Position numbers and translations under genes: made by a program. The notes beneath the pieces were generated by a model. It ran no database searches, was not told the origin of the DNA, and worked only from the letters and a program-made list of their open reading frames with translations. A DNA stretch of 64,000 nt from Escherichia coli (GTDB lineage Bacteria; Pseudomonadota; Gammaproteobacteria; Enterobacterales; Enterobacteriaceae): the NCBI RefSeq assembly GCF_003334355.1, contig NZ_QOWP01000008.1. The stretch is one strand, 5' to 3'. Position 1 is the stretch's first letter, and the number at the start of each line of letters is the position of its first letter. Below, in pieces: positions 51,147 to 60,920 of this stretch.

Positions 51147-52636
51147 AACGCCCCAATTTTCTGTTCGTCATGACCGATACCCAGGCCACCAATATGGTCG
51201 GTTGCTATAGCGGTAAACCGCTGAATACGCAAAATATTGATAGTCTGGCGGCGGAAGGTATTCGCTTTAATTCCGCCTACACCTGTTCACCGGTTTGTAC
51301 GCCTGCACGGGCCGGACTATTTACCGGTATCTACGCTAACCAGTCCGGCCCGTGGACCAACAACGTCGCGCCAGGCAAAAACATCTCCACTATGGGGCGC
51401 TACTTTAAGGATGCCGGCTATCACACCTGTTACATCGGCAAATGGCATCTCGACGGTCATGACTATTTCGGCACTGGCGAGTGTCCGCCGGAGTGGGACG
51501 CTGATTACTGGTTCGATGGGGCGAACTATCTTAGCGAACTGACGGAAAAAGAGATTAGCCTGTGGCGCAATGGCCTAAACAGCGTCGAAGATTTACAGGC
51601 GAACCATATCGACGAAACCTTCACCTGGGCGCATCGTATCAGCAATCGGGCGGTGGATTTTCTGCAACAGCCTGCGCGCGCAGACGAGCCTTTCCTGATG
51701 GTGGTTTCGTATGATGAGCCGCATCACCCGTTCACCTGTCCGGTGGAGTATTTAGAGAAATACGCTGATTTTTACTACGAGCTGGGCGAGAAAGCACAGG
51801 ATGACCTGGCTAACAAACCGGAACATCACCGCTTATGGGCGCAGGCGATGCCATCGCCAGTCGGTGATGACGGGCTTTATCACCATCCGCTCTATTTTGC
51901 CTGTAATGACTTTGTTGATGACCAAATCGGACGGGTCATCAATGCCTTAACGCCAGAGCAACGTGAAAATACGTGGGTTATTTATACCTCCGATCACGGC
52001 GAAATGATGGGCGCACATAAGCTGATCAGTAAAGGGGCGGCGATGTATGACGACATCACCCGCATTCCGCTGATCATCCGTTCGCCGCAAGGGGAGCGGC
52101 GACAGGTCGATACGCCAGTCAGTCATATCGATTTACTGCCGACAATGATGGCGCTGGCAGATATTGAAAAACCAGAGATTCTGCCGGGGGAAAATATCCT
52201 TGCCGTGAAAGAGCCACGCGGCGTGATGGTGGAATTTAACCGCTACGAGATTGAGCATGACAGCTTTGGCGGTTTTATTCCGGTGCGTTGCTGGGTGACG
52301 GATGACTTTAAACTGGTACTCAACCTCTTCACCAGTGATGAACTTTACGATCGCCGTAATGACCCAAATGAAATGCATAACCTGATCGATGATATCCGTT
52401 TTGCAGACGTTCGCAGCAAAATGCATGACGCCTTATTGGATTACATGGACAAAATTCGCGATCCGTTCCGCAGTTACCAATGGAGTCTGCGTCCGTGGCG
52501 TAAAGATGCACGGCCGCGCTGGATGGGGGCGTTTCGTCCACGTCCACAAGATGGCTATTCGCCAGTTGTACGCGACTATGACACCGGCCTACCGACACAA
52601 GGGGTGAAGGTGGAGGAGAAAAAACAGAAGTTCTGA
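51143..52636 (+). CDS. yidJ: Putative sulfatase YidJ
   Basis: 497 aa; sulfatase signature CSPVCTPARAGLFTG (Cys-type FGly motif); translationally coupled to yidK. Confidence 0.92.
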   Translation: MKRPNFLFVMTDTQATNMVGCYSGKPLNTQNIDSLAAEGIRFNSAYTCSPVCTPARAGLFTGIYANQSGPWTNNVAPGKNISTMGRYFKDAGYHTCYIGKWHLDGHDYFGTGECPPEWDADYWFDGANYLSELTEKEISLWRNGLNSVEDLQANHIDETFTWAHRISNRAVDFLQQPARADEPFLMVVSYDEPHHPFTCPVEYLEKYADFYYELGEKAQDDLANKPEHHRLWAQAMPSPVGDDGLYHHPLYFACNDFVDDQIGRVINALTPEQRENTWVIYTSDHGEMMGAHKLISKGAAMYDDITRIPLIIRSPQGERRQVDTPVSHIDLLPTMMALADIEKPEILPGENILAVKEPRGVMVEFNRYEIEHDSFGGFIPVRCWVTDDFKLVLNLFTSDELYDRRNDPNEMHNLIDDIRFADVRSKMHDALLDYMDKIRDPFRSYQWSLRPWRKDARPRWMGAFRPRPQDGYSPVVRDYDTGLPTQGVKVEEKKQKF

Positions 52637-52640
52637 CGAT

Positions 52641-52671
52641 AATGCCCGCTGATGATCACCCGGCGGGCATT
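52641..52671. terminator. Bidirectional terminator between yidJ and yidI
   Basis: atgcccgc ... gcgggcat stem. Confidence 0.7.
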
Positions 52672-52682
52672 ATTCAGGCTGC

Positions 52683-53132
52683 TTAAACCAGTGAACCGCC
52701 GGTCAGGAAGGAAAAGATAAGGAATATCAGCAAAATGCTGCACACGATGCCGATACCAAAAAGCAAGGTATGGAAAGCCAGCGTCCCGCCGCCAAAAACC
52801 AGCGCGCCGCGAATGCCCCAGCGATTTTCCTTACGCATACCGCCAATAAATGCGCAAAGTAGCGCAGCAATGGCCAGTGCGATACCGCTTTGATTGAGGA
52901 TTTTATCGACATCTACGTCCTCTTTTTTCTCCACGGTGGTAATTTTTTCGCCTTTTATTCCGGCGAGAAGACCTCTTTTAATTTCAGCCGTTTTGTCCGC
53001 CACGATGCTTTCAAACGTTGGCGGTGGTGCGGAGAAAGGGCCGAATGAAAAGTGGATAATCCCCATCATTAAAGCGATGGCACCGAACAGCATGCCCAAT
53101 GAACTGATTTTATTTTGAGCTATGATACCCAT
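52683..53132 (-). CDS. yidI: Inner membrane protein YidI
   Basis: 149 aa from MGIIAQNKISSLGMLFG; the track ORF extends 36 codons upstream. Confidence 0.8.
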   Translation of the reverse strand: MGIIAQNKISSLGMLFGAIALMMGIIHFSFGPFSAPPPTFESIVADKTAEIKRGLLAGIKGEKITTVEKKEDVDVDKILNQSGIALAIAALLCAFIGGMRKENRWGIRGALVFGGGTLAFHTLLFGIGIVCSILLIFLIFSFLTGGSLV

Positions 53133-53239
53133 CTGACCTCCTTGTAGCGGATGGCAAAAGCATATCAGGAAACGGGCGGACGAAATTCTTAAAAAAACCG
53201 CTAAAGGTAGAGCGTTAGTGAAATTGCAAAGGAGCAACA

Positions 53240-53587
53240 ATGAAAATTTCCCGCCTCGGAGAAGCGCCTGATTACCGCTTCTCGCTGGCTAATGAGCGTA
53301 CTTTTCTGGCGTGGATCCGTACTGCACTAGGATTTCTGGCGGCGGGGGTTGGGCTTGATCAACTTGCGCCAGATTTCGCCACGCCCGTCATTCGCGAACT
53401 GCTGGCGTTGTTGTTGTGTCTGTTTTCCGGCGGGTTAGCGATGTATGGCTACTTGCGCTGGTTACGCAATGAAAAAGCGATGCGTCTGAAAGAGGACCTG
53501 CCCTACACCAACAGCTTATTAATCATTAGCTTAATATTGATGGTCGTGGCGGTGATCGTTATGGGACTGGTGTTGTATGCCGGATAG
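53240..53587 (+). CDS. yidH: Inner membrane protein YidH (DUF202)
   Basis: 115 aa. Confidence 0.88.
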   Translation: MKISRLGEAPDYRFSLANERTFLAWIRTALGFLAAGVGLDQLAPDFATPVIRELLALLLCLFSGGLAMYGYLRWLRNEKAMRLKEDLPYTNSLLIISLILMVVAVIVMGLVLYAG

Positions 53588-53939
53588 CCGCAAAGCCAGA
53601 CGCATTGCCGACCCAGGACTGCAGCCGGAGCGCACATCACTGGCGTGGTTTCGTACCATGCTGGGCTACGGCGCGTTGATGGCGTTGGCTATCAAACACA
53701 ACTGGCACCAGGCGGGCATGTTATTCTGGATTTCGATTGGCATTCTCGCCATCGTGGCGCTGATCCTCTGGCACTACACCCGTAATCGCAATTTAATGGA
53801 TGTCACGAATAGCGATTTTTCCCAATTTCACGTAGTCCGTGACAAATTTTTGATCTCCCTCGCGGTGTTATCTCTCGCAATACTGTTTGCTGTAACGCAT
53901 ATACATCAACTTATCGTATTTATTGAGAGAGTCGCATGA
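53577..53939 (+). CDS. yidG: Inner membrane protein YidG (DUF202)
   Basis: 120 aa; overlaps yidH; paralogous fold. Confidence 0.88.
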   Translation: MPDSRKARRIADPGLQPERTSLAWFRTMLGYGALMALAIKHNWHQAGMLFWISIGILAIVALILWHYTRNRNLMDVTNSDFSQFHVVRDKFLISLAVLSLAILFAVTHIHQLIVFIERVA

Positions 53940-54433
53940 CAGGAAGTCAGGTCATTGATGCTGAAGAGGACAGGCATAAACTGGTTGTAGAGTACAAGGA
54001 TGCTCTGCAACCTGCCGATTTTTATCACAATTTCAAACAGCGGGGCATCCGCTCCGTACAGCTCATTCCCTATCTTGAATTTGATGACCGGGGCGATCTG
54101 ACGGCCGCTTCGGTGACAGCAGAGCTGTGGGGGAAATTTTTAATTGCCCTGTTCGAGTGTTGGGTGCGGGCAGATATCAGTCGTATCTCGATTGAGCTTT
54201 TTGACGCCACCTTACAAAAATGGTGTGGCAGCGAAAACCCGCAACCGCGCTGTGACTGCCAGGCGTGCGACTGGCATCGCCTGTGCCCGCACGCTCGGCA
54301 GGAGACGCCAGACAGCGTGCTTTGTGCGGGCTATCAGGCGTTTTATTCTTACTCCGCACCGCATATGCGGGTGATGCGTGATCTGATAAAGCAGCATCGT
54401 TCTCCCATGGAGCTGATGACGATGCTGCGGTGA
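53936..54433 (+). CDS. yidF: Cysteine-rich protein YidF (anaerobic sulfatase maturase-like C-terminal fragment)
   Basis: 165 aa; cysteine cluster CDCQACDWHRLCPH. Confidence 0.85.
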   Translation: MTGSQVIDAEEDRHKLVVEYKDALQPADFYHNFKQRGIRSVQLIPYLEFDDRGDLTAASVTAELWGKFLIALFECWVRADISRISIELFDATLQKWCGSENPQPRCDCQACDWHRLCPHARQETPDSVLCAGYQAFYSYSAPHMRVMRDLIKQHRSPMELMTMLR

Positions 54434-54440
54434 CGTGCGC

Positions 54441-55625
54441 TTAAACGGGCTGCCCCTGATGCGACATCCGCGTCGCCAGCGGCAGCCAGCACAGCACGAT
54501 CAACAATCCCATTAAGGTCATCAACAACCCCAGGCTGCCCTGACCGGTTTGCGGCAACATCGCAGAGAGCGACGCCAGCACGCCGGAACCAATGTTTTGC
54601 AGACCGCCGACCAGCGCGCCAGCCGTGCCCGCCAGGAAGGGGAACGGCTCCATCGCGCCGCTGGTCGCCAGCGGAAACAGCATCCCGGCACCGAAAAAGA
54701 ACAGCGCGGCGGGAACGAGCAGCGTCCAGACATTCATCACGCCAAACCAGTCGGGGATCCACATCAGCAAGCCAGCCAGCAGGCAGCAGATAACCGACTG
54801 CCACATTAACGTGGAGAAGCGTTTATTGGGACGTCCGGCAAACCATGCGCCAAAAAACGCTGCCGGAATCGGCAGAATAAACAAAATACTGACCGTCATA
54901 CTGCTCAGCCCTAACACCGCGCCCATCAGCACGCCGGAGCAGGCTTCAAAGGCGGCAATCCCGGCCAGACCGCCAATCAGCATCAGCAAATAACAGTTAA
55001 AACCGCTGTTACCGAAAAGCGTTTTATAACTGGTAAGCAGGCGCGTGCGCGGTGCATCGACCGGACGCGTTTCCGGCATCCAGCGGGCCATACTGAAGGT
55101 CACACCAGCACAAAGAACCAACAAAAAGAGATAACAGGCGCGCCAGTTCCACATCGTATCCAGCAGACCGCCGATTAGCGGTGCGAGCAACGGACTGACG
55201 AGAATCCCCATGTTTAACAGGCTGTTAGCATGGCGCAACTGTGTCCGTTCATATAAATCTCGCGGCAAAGTACGCGCCATTACGCCGCCAACGCCGGTGC
55301 CCATCCCCTGCATCGCGCTGGCGGCAATCAACACCGTCAAACTGGAGGTCGTGACCGCGACCAGCGTTGCCAGCATAAAAATGGACATTCCGACGAGGAT
55401 CACCGGTCGGCGGCCCACGCGGTCGGAAATCGGGCCATAAAACAGCTGTGAGACACCGTAAGTCAGCAGATAAGCGCCCATTACGCTCTGCACCGCCCCT
55501 TCACGGACGTTGAGATCGCGCGCCATATCGGCAATAGCTGGAATATAAATGGTTTGCGCCATCTGACCGACGGCCACGAGTAATACCAACATCAATAACA
55601 AATTGACGTTTCTTTGCCTTTTCAT
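54441..55625 (-). CDS. emrD: MFS multidrug efflux pump EmrD
   Basis: 394 aa from MKRQRNVNLLLMLVLLVAVGQMAQTIYIP. Confidence 0.95.
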   Translation of the reverse strand: MKRQRNVNLLLMLVLLVAVGQMAQTIYIPAIADMARDLNVREGAVQSVMGAYLLTYGVSQLFYGPISDRVGRRPVILVGMSIFMLATLVAVTTSSLTVLIAASAMQGMGTGVGGVMARTLPRDLYERTQLRHANSLLNMGILVSPLLAPLIGGLLDTMWNWRACYLFLLVLCAGVTFSMARWMPETRPVDAPRTRLLTSYKTLFGNSGFNCYLLMLIGGLAGIAAFEACSGVLMGAVLGLSSMTVSILFILPIPAAFFGAWFAGRPNKRFSTLMWQSVICCLLAGLLMWIPDWFGVMNVWTLLVPAALFFFGAGMLFPLATSGAMEPFPFLAGTAGALVGGLQNIGSGVLASLSAMLPQTGQGSLGLLMTLMGLLIVLCWLPLATRMSHQGQPV

Positions 55626-55798
55626 TATCACGGATGCTTTTATAAAAATAATTAGAATAAGTCACTACGCATTCCCATAAATGCGGGAGAGGAATCTATC
55701 ACATTGATGAATGTTAGCCAGATATACGCCAGGAATGGGGAATTGTTTAGCGGCAGAATATGTAAACAAAAGCGGCAATAAATGTTGCCGGGAGAGAT

Positions 55799-55838
55799 GG
55801 TAGGGCGGATAAGATGCGTCAGCATCGCATCCGACACC
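55799..55838. repeat. REP element upstream of emrD
   Basis: ggtagggcggataagatgcgtcagcatcgcatccgacacc. Confidence 0.65.
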
Positions 55839-55860
55839 AACCCGCACGCTAAATATAAAA

Positions 55861-55882
55861 GGGGAGCGGTTTCCCGCTCCCC
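55861..55882 (-). terminator. Intrinsic terminator of the tisAB transcript
   Basis: Perfect hairpin ggggagcgg-tttc-ccgctcccc with a T-rich tract on the minus strand. Confidence 0.85.
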
Positions 55883-55904
55883 TTTGGTGCGACTTGAATC
55901 TGAA

Positions 55905-55994
55905 TTACTTCAGGTATTTCAGAACAGCATCAAGCAGTTGCAGTGCTGCAACAATGAGTTTGAGGATAAGAATGGCGATATCCACCAGGCTCAT
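55905..55994 (-). CDS. tisB: Type I toxin TisB (29-aa membrane peptide), not in the ORF track
   Basis: Minus-strand translation gives MSLVDIAILILKLIVAALQLLDAVLKYLK; start overlaps the tisA stop (ATGA); SD aggag. Confidence 0.93.
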   Translation of the reverse strand: MSLVDIAILILKLIVAALQLLDAVLKYLK

Positions 55995-56104
55995 ACGCGT
56001 CTCCTGTGGTTCAGGAGCACTGCCAGCTGACGTACCTTTCCGCTGCCTGTTGCCAGCTGTTGTGCACGCGGTATCTCAAGGAGAAACGTTGTGCTTGTTG
56101 ACAT
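55991..56104 (-). other. tisA: tisA upstream ORF (37 codons; reported in the literature as not translated)
   Basis: Minus-strand ORF MSTSTTFLLEIPRAQQLATGSGKVRQLAVLLNHRRRV; its 5' end overlaps the IstR-1 target segment. Confidence 0.75.
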
Positions 56105-56228
56105 AACACAGTGTGCTCACGCGGGGTTAAGGCGCTGACGGCACCACCCGTTTCAGCCAGGACTTAGTGCGCCGGGTAACGATGCGGCCCCCGCATAACA
56201 CATTGCGTACAGTGATATTATAGAAGTT

Positions 56229-56248
56229 TACTGTATAAATAAACAGTA
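56229..56248. promoter_or_regulatory. LexA (SOS) box between the divergent tisAB and istR promoters
   Basis: tactgtataaataaacagta, a near-perfect CTGT-N8-ACAG palindrome; minus-strand TATAAT at 56209-56214 for tisAB. Confidence 0.9.
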
Positions 56249-56288
56249 ATATTTGGACAAAACGCAAACTGTGATCGATACTCAACTA

Positions 56289-56430
56289 TGCACTAAATAC
56301 GTCAAAATTCGTGCCGAAATTGCGCGTTCTGCGCGGAACACGTATACTTTCAGTGTTGACATAATACAGTGTGCTTTGCGGTTACCAGCCGCAGGCGACT
56401 GACGAAACCTCGCTCCGGCGGGGTTTTTTG
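56289..56430 (+). ncRNA. istR: IstR antitoxin sRNAs (IstR-2 about 140 nt; IstR-1 about 56355-56430)
   Basis: Plus-strand promoters (TTGGAC...GATACT; then TATACT at 56343-56348); shared terminator cctcgctccggcgggg + T6 (56408-56429); IstR-1 segment complementary to the tisA 5' region. Ends are approximate. Confidence 0.75.
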
Positions 56431-56558
56431 TTATCTGCAATTCAGTACAAAACGTGATCAACCCCTCAATTTTCCCTTGCTGAAAAATTTTCCATTGTCT
56501 CCCCTGTAAAGCTGTGCTTGTATAAATATTGTTAAACACAAAACCAACAAGGTCCCCA

Positions 56559-56657
56559 ATGACTACTTCCATGTTCAACGCAAAACTACTACCAACTGCG
56601 CCATCCGCCGCAGTGGTCGTCGTGCGTGTGGTGGTGGTCGTCGGCAATGCGCCGTAG
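56559..56657 (+). CDS. ivbL: ilvB operon leader peptide IvbL (32 aa), not in the ORF track
   Basis: Translates to MTTSMFNAKLLPTAPSAAVVVVRVVVVVGNAP, a Val/Leu-rich attenuation leader. Confidence 0.93.
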   Translation: MTTSMFNAKLLPTAPSAAVVVVRVVVVVGNAP

Positions 56658-56680
56658 GGACTGGAACAACACACGATTCC

Positions 56681-56715
56681 AAAACCCCGCCGGCGCAAAC
56701 CGGGCGGGGTTTTTC
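56681..56715 (+). terminator. ilvB attenuator terminator
   Basis: ccccgcc...ggcgggg hairpin followed by T5, between ivbL and ilvB. Confidence 0.8.
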
Positions 56716-56762
56716 GTTTAAGCACCTCCCGGAAAGTCGGCCCAGAAGAAAAGGACTGGAGC

Positions 56763-58451
56763 ATGGCAAGTTCGGGCACAACATCGACGCGTAAGCGCTT
56801 TACCGGCGCAGAATTTATCGTTCATTTCCTGGAACAGCAGGGCATTAAGATTGTGACGGGCATTCCGGGCGGTTCTATCCTGCCTGTTTACGATGCCTTA
56901 AGCCAAAGTACGCAAATCCGCCATATTCTGGCTCGCCATGAACAGGGCGCGGGATTTATCGCTCAGGGAATGGCGCGCACCGACGGTAAACCGGCGGTCT
57001 GTATGGCCTGTAGCGGACCGGGTGCGACTAACCTGGTGACCGCCATTGCCGATGCGCGGCTGGACTCCATCCCGCTGATTTGCATCACTGGTCAGGTTCC
57101 CGCCTCGATGATCGGCACCGACGCCTTCCAGGAAGTCGACACCTACGGCATCTCTATCCCCATCACCAAACACAACTATCTGGTCAGACATATCGAAGAA
57201 CTCCCGCAGGTCATGAGCGATGCCTTCCGCATTGCGCAATCAGGCCGCCCAGGCCCGGTGTGGATAGACATTCCTAAGGATGTGCAAACGGCGGTTTTTG
57301 AGATTGAAGCTCAGCCCGCGGTGGCAGAAAAAGCCGCTGCACCCGCCTTTAGCGAAGAAAGCATTCGTGACGCAGCTACAATGATTAACGCTGCCAAACG
57401 CCCGGTGCTTTATCTGGGTGGTGGTGTGATCAATGCGCCTGCGCGGGTGCGTGAACTGGCGGAGAAAGCGCAACTGCCTACCACCATGACTTTAATGGCG
57501 CTGGGCATGCTGCCAAAAGCGCATCCGTTGTCGCTGGGTATGCTGGGGATGCACGGCGTGCGCAGCACTAACTATATCTTGCAGGAGGCGGATTTACTGA
57601 TTGTGCTCGGTGCGCGTTTTGATGACCGGGCGATTGGCAAAACCGAGCAGTTCTGTCCGAATGCCAAAATCATTCATGTCGATATCGACCGTGCAGAGCT
57701 GGGTAAAATCAAGCAGCCGCATGTGGCGATTCAGGCGGATGTTGATGACGTGCTGGCGCAGTTGATCCCGCTGGTGGAAGCGCAACCGCGTGCAGAGTGG
57801 CACCAGTTGGTAGCGGATTTGCAGCGTGAGTTTCCGTGTCCAATCCCGAAAGCGTGCGATCCATTAAGCCATTACGGCCTGATCAACGCCGTTGCCGCCT
57901 GTGTCGATGACAATGCGATTATCACCACCGATGTGGGGCAGCATCAGATGTGGACCGCGCAAGCTTATCCGCTCAATCGCCCACGCCAGTGGCTGACCTC
58001 CGGTGGGCTGGGCACGATGGGTTTTGGCCTGCCTGCGGCGATTGGCGCGGCGCTGGCGAACCCGGATCGCAAAGTGTTGTGTTTCTCCGGCGACGGCAGC
58101 CTGATGATGAATATTCAGGAGATGGCGACCGCCAGTGAAAATCAGCTGGATGTCAAAATCATTCTGATGAACAACGAAGCGCTGGGGCTGGTGCATCAGC
58201 AACAGAGTCTGTTCTACGAGCAAGGCGTTTTTGCCGCCACCTATCCGGGCAAAATCAACTTTATGCAGATTGCCGCCGGATTCGGCCTCGAAACCTGTGA
58301 TTTGAATAACGAAGCCGATCCGCAGGCTGCATTGCAGGAAATCATCAATCGCCCTGGCCCGGCGCTGATCCATGTGCGCATTGATGCCGAAGAAAAAGTT
58401 TACCCGATGGTGCCGCTAGGTGCGGCGAATACTGAAATGGTGGGGGAATAA
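56763..58451 (+). CDS. ilvB: Acetolactate synthase I large subunit IlvB
   Basis: 562 aa; ThDP-binding motif (GDGS...MNN). Confidence 0.97.
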   Translation: MASSGTTSTRKRFTGAEFIVHFLEQQGIKIVTGIPGGSILPVYDALSQSTQIRHILARHEQGAGFIAQGMARTDGKPAVCMACSGPGATNLVTAIADARLDSIPLICITGQVPASMIGTDAFQEVDTYGISIPITKHNYLVRHIEELPQVMSDAFRIAQSGRPGPVWIDIPKDVQTAVFEIEAQPAVAEKAAAPAFSEESIRDAATMINAAKRPVLYLGGGVINAPARVRELAEKAQLPTTMTLMALGMLPKAHPLSLGMLGMHGVRSTNYILQEADLLIVLGARFDDRAIGKTEQFCPNAKIIHVDIDRAELGKIKQPHVAIQADVDDVLAQLIPLVEAQPRAEWHQLVADLQREFPCPIPKACDPLSHYGLINAVAACVDDNAIITTDVGQHQMWTAQAYPLNRPRQWLTSGGLGTMGFGLPAAIGAALANPDRKVLCFSGDGSLMMNIQEMATASENQLDVKIILMNNEALGLVHQQQSLFYEQGVFAATYPGKINFMQIAAGFGLETCDLNNEADPQAALQEIINRPGPALIHVRIDAEEKVYPMVPLGAANTEMVGE

Positions 58452-58454
58452 GCC

Positions 58455-58745
58455 ATGCAAAACACAACTCATGACAACGTAATTCTGGAGCTCACCGTTC
58501 GCAACCATCCGGGCGTAATGACCCACGTTTGTGGCCTTTTTGCCCGCCGCGCTTTTAACGTTGAAGGCATTCTTTGTCTGCCGATTCAGGACAGCGACAA
58601 AAGCCATATCTGGCTACTGGTCAATGACGACCAGCGTCTGGAGCAGATGATAAGCCAAATCGATAAGCTGGAAGATGTCGTGAAAGTGCAGCGTAATCAG
58701 TCCGATCCGACGATGTTTAACAAGATCGCGGTGTTTTTTCAGTAA
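58455..58745 (+). CDS. ilvN: Acetolactate synthase I small (regulatory) subunit IlvN
   Basis: 96 aa, ACT domain. Confidence 0.95.
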
Positions 58746-58767
58746 CCGCTCAAGGCTTGAACAACAT

Positions 58768-58800
58768 CGCGCTTATCGTTAAGGTAAGCGCGTTTTTTTT
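58768..58800 (+). terminator. Intrinsic terminator after ilvN, 18 nt before the uhpA start
   Basis: cgcgctta...taagcgcg stem followed by a T8 tract. Confidence 0.8.
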
Positions 58801-58818
58801 ACCCGCCAGGACAAGACC

Positions 58819-59409
58819 ATGATCACCGTTGCCCTTATAGACGATCACCTCATCGTCCGCTCCGGCTTTGCGCAGCTGCTGGGGCTGGAACCTGATTTGC
58901 AGGTAGTTGCCGAGTTTGGTTCGGGGCGCGAGGCGCTGGCGGGGCTGCCGGGGCGCGGTGTGCAGGTGTGTATTTGCGATATCTCCATGCCCGATATCTC
59001 CGGTCTGGAGCTGCTAAGCCAGCTGCCGAAAGGTATGGCGACGATTATGCTCTCCGTTCACGACAGTCCTGCGCTGGTTGAGCAGGCGCTTAACGCGGGG
59101 GCACGCGGCTTTCTTTCCAAACGCTGTAGCCCGGATGAACTCATTGCTGCGGTGCATACGGTTGCCACGGGCGGCTGTTATCTGACGCCGGATATTGCCA
59201 TTAAACTGGCATCCGGTCGTCAGGACCCGCTAACCAAACGTGAACGCCAGGTGGCGGAAAAACTGGCGCAAGGAATGGCGGTGAAAGAGATTGCCGCCGA
59301 ACTGGGCTTGTCACCGAAAACGGTACACGTCCATCGCGCCAATCTGATGGAAAAACTGGGCGTCAGTAACGACGTAGAGCTGGCGCGCCGCATGTTTGAT
59401 GGCTGGTGA
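58819..59409 (+). CDS. uhpA: Response regulator UhpA (NarL/FixJ family)
   Basis: 196 aa; receiver domain plus LuxR-type HTH. Confidence 0.96.
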
Positions 59410-60911
59410 TGAAGACGTTGTTCTCCCGCTTAATTACCGTTATTGCCTGCTTTTTTATCTTCTCTGCCGCATGGTTTTGCCTGTGGAGTATCAGCCTGCA
59501 TCTGGTTGAGCGCCCTGATATGGCGGTGCTGTTATTTCCGTTTGGTCTGCGTCTGGGGCTAATGCTGCAATGCCCGCGCGGATACTGGCCGGTGCTGCTG
59601 GGCGCGGAGTGGCTGCTGATTTACTGGCTAACGCAGGCGGTCGGTTTAACCCATTTTCCGTTATTGATGATCGGTAGTTTACTGACGTTACTGCCCGTAG
59701 CGCTGATCTCGCGCTATCGCCATCAGCGTGACTGGCGCACCTTGCTGTTACAGGGGGCGGCGTTAACGGCGGCGGCGTTGTTGCAGTCGCTGCCCTGGCT
59801 TTGGCACGGCAAAGAGTCGTGGAATGCGCTGTTGCTGACTTTAACTGGCGGCCTGACGCTGGCCCCGATATGTCTGGTGTTCTGGCACTATCTCGCCAAT
59901 AACACCTGGCTGCCGCTCGGCCCGTCACTGGTTTCTCAGCCAATCAACTGGCGCGGGCGACATCTGGTCTGGTACTTGCTGCTGTTTGTTATCAGTCTCT
60001 GGCTCCAGTTGGGATTGCCGGACGAACTGTCGCGCTTTACGCCATTCTGTCTGGCGCTGCCGATTATCGCGCTGGCCTGGCACTATGGTTGGCAAGGGGC
60101 GCTGATTGCGACGTTGATGAACGCCATCGCGCTGATCGCCAGTCAAACCTGGCGCGATCATCCGGTGGATTTATTGCTCTCGCTGCTGGTGCAAAGTCTG
60201 ACAGGGTTGTTGCTTGGCGCTGGCATCCAGCGGTTGCGTGAACTTAACCAGTCGCTGCAAAAGGAACTGGCGCGCAATCAGCATCTGGCTGAACGGTTGC
60301 TGGAAACCGAAGAGAGTGTGCGCCGTGATGTGGCGCGTGAGCTGCATGATGATATCGGTCAGACCATCACTGCTATTCGTACTCAGGCGGGCATTGTTCA
60401 GCGGCTGGCGGCAGATAACGCCAGCGTGAAGCAGAGCGGGCAGCTCATCGAACAACTATCGCTGGGCGTTTACGACGCGGTGCGCCGTTTGTTGGGTCGG
60501 TTACGTCCGCGCCAGTTGGATGATCTCACCCTGGAGCAGGCCATCCGCTCACTGATGCGGGAAATGGAGCTGGAAGGGCGCGGTATTGTCAGCCATCTCG
60601 AATGGCGAATCGATGAATCAGCGTTAAGCGAAAACCAGCGCGTGACGCTGTTTCGTGTCTGCCAGGAAGGGCTGAACAACATTGTGAAACATGCTGATGC
60701 CAGCGCGGTCACCCTGCAAGGCTGGCAGCAGGATGAACGGTTGATGCTGGTTATTGAAGACGATGGCAGCGGTTTGCCGCCGGGTTCCGGGCAACAAGGT
60801 TTTGGCCTCACCGGAATGCGCGAGCGCGTAACGGCGCTGGGTGGCACATTACACATTTCCTGTCTGCACGGCACGCGTGTCAGCGTTTCTCTACCTCAAC
60901 GTTATGTCTAA
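59409..60911 (+). CDS. uhpB: Sensor histidine kinase UhpB
   Basis: 500 aa from [13 protein letters not shown]; membrane N-terminal half, H-box ([10 protein letters not shown]), HATPase_c. Confidence 0.95.
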
Positions 60912-60920
60912 GGTTCGATG

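Noticed and set aside
55632-55904. Possible small gene between emrD and tisB
   Set aside because: The region contains a REP element and the tisAB terminator; no ORF with RBS and start context was found.
55992-55994. tisB codon 2 reads Ser (AGC) where I recall Asn; considered flagging it as a separate finding
   Set aside because: My recollection of the reference peptide is not certain enough; it is noted only as a possible allelic variant needing alignment.
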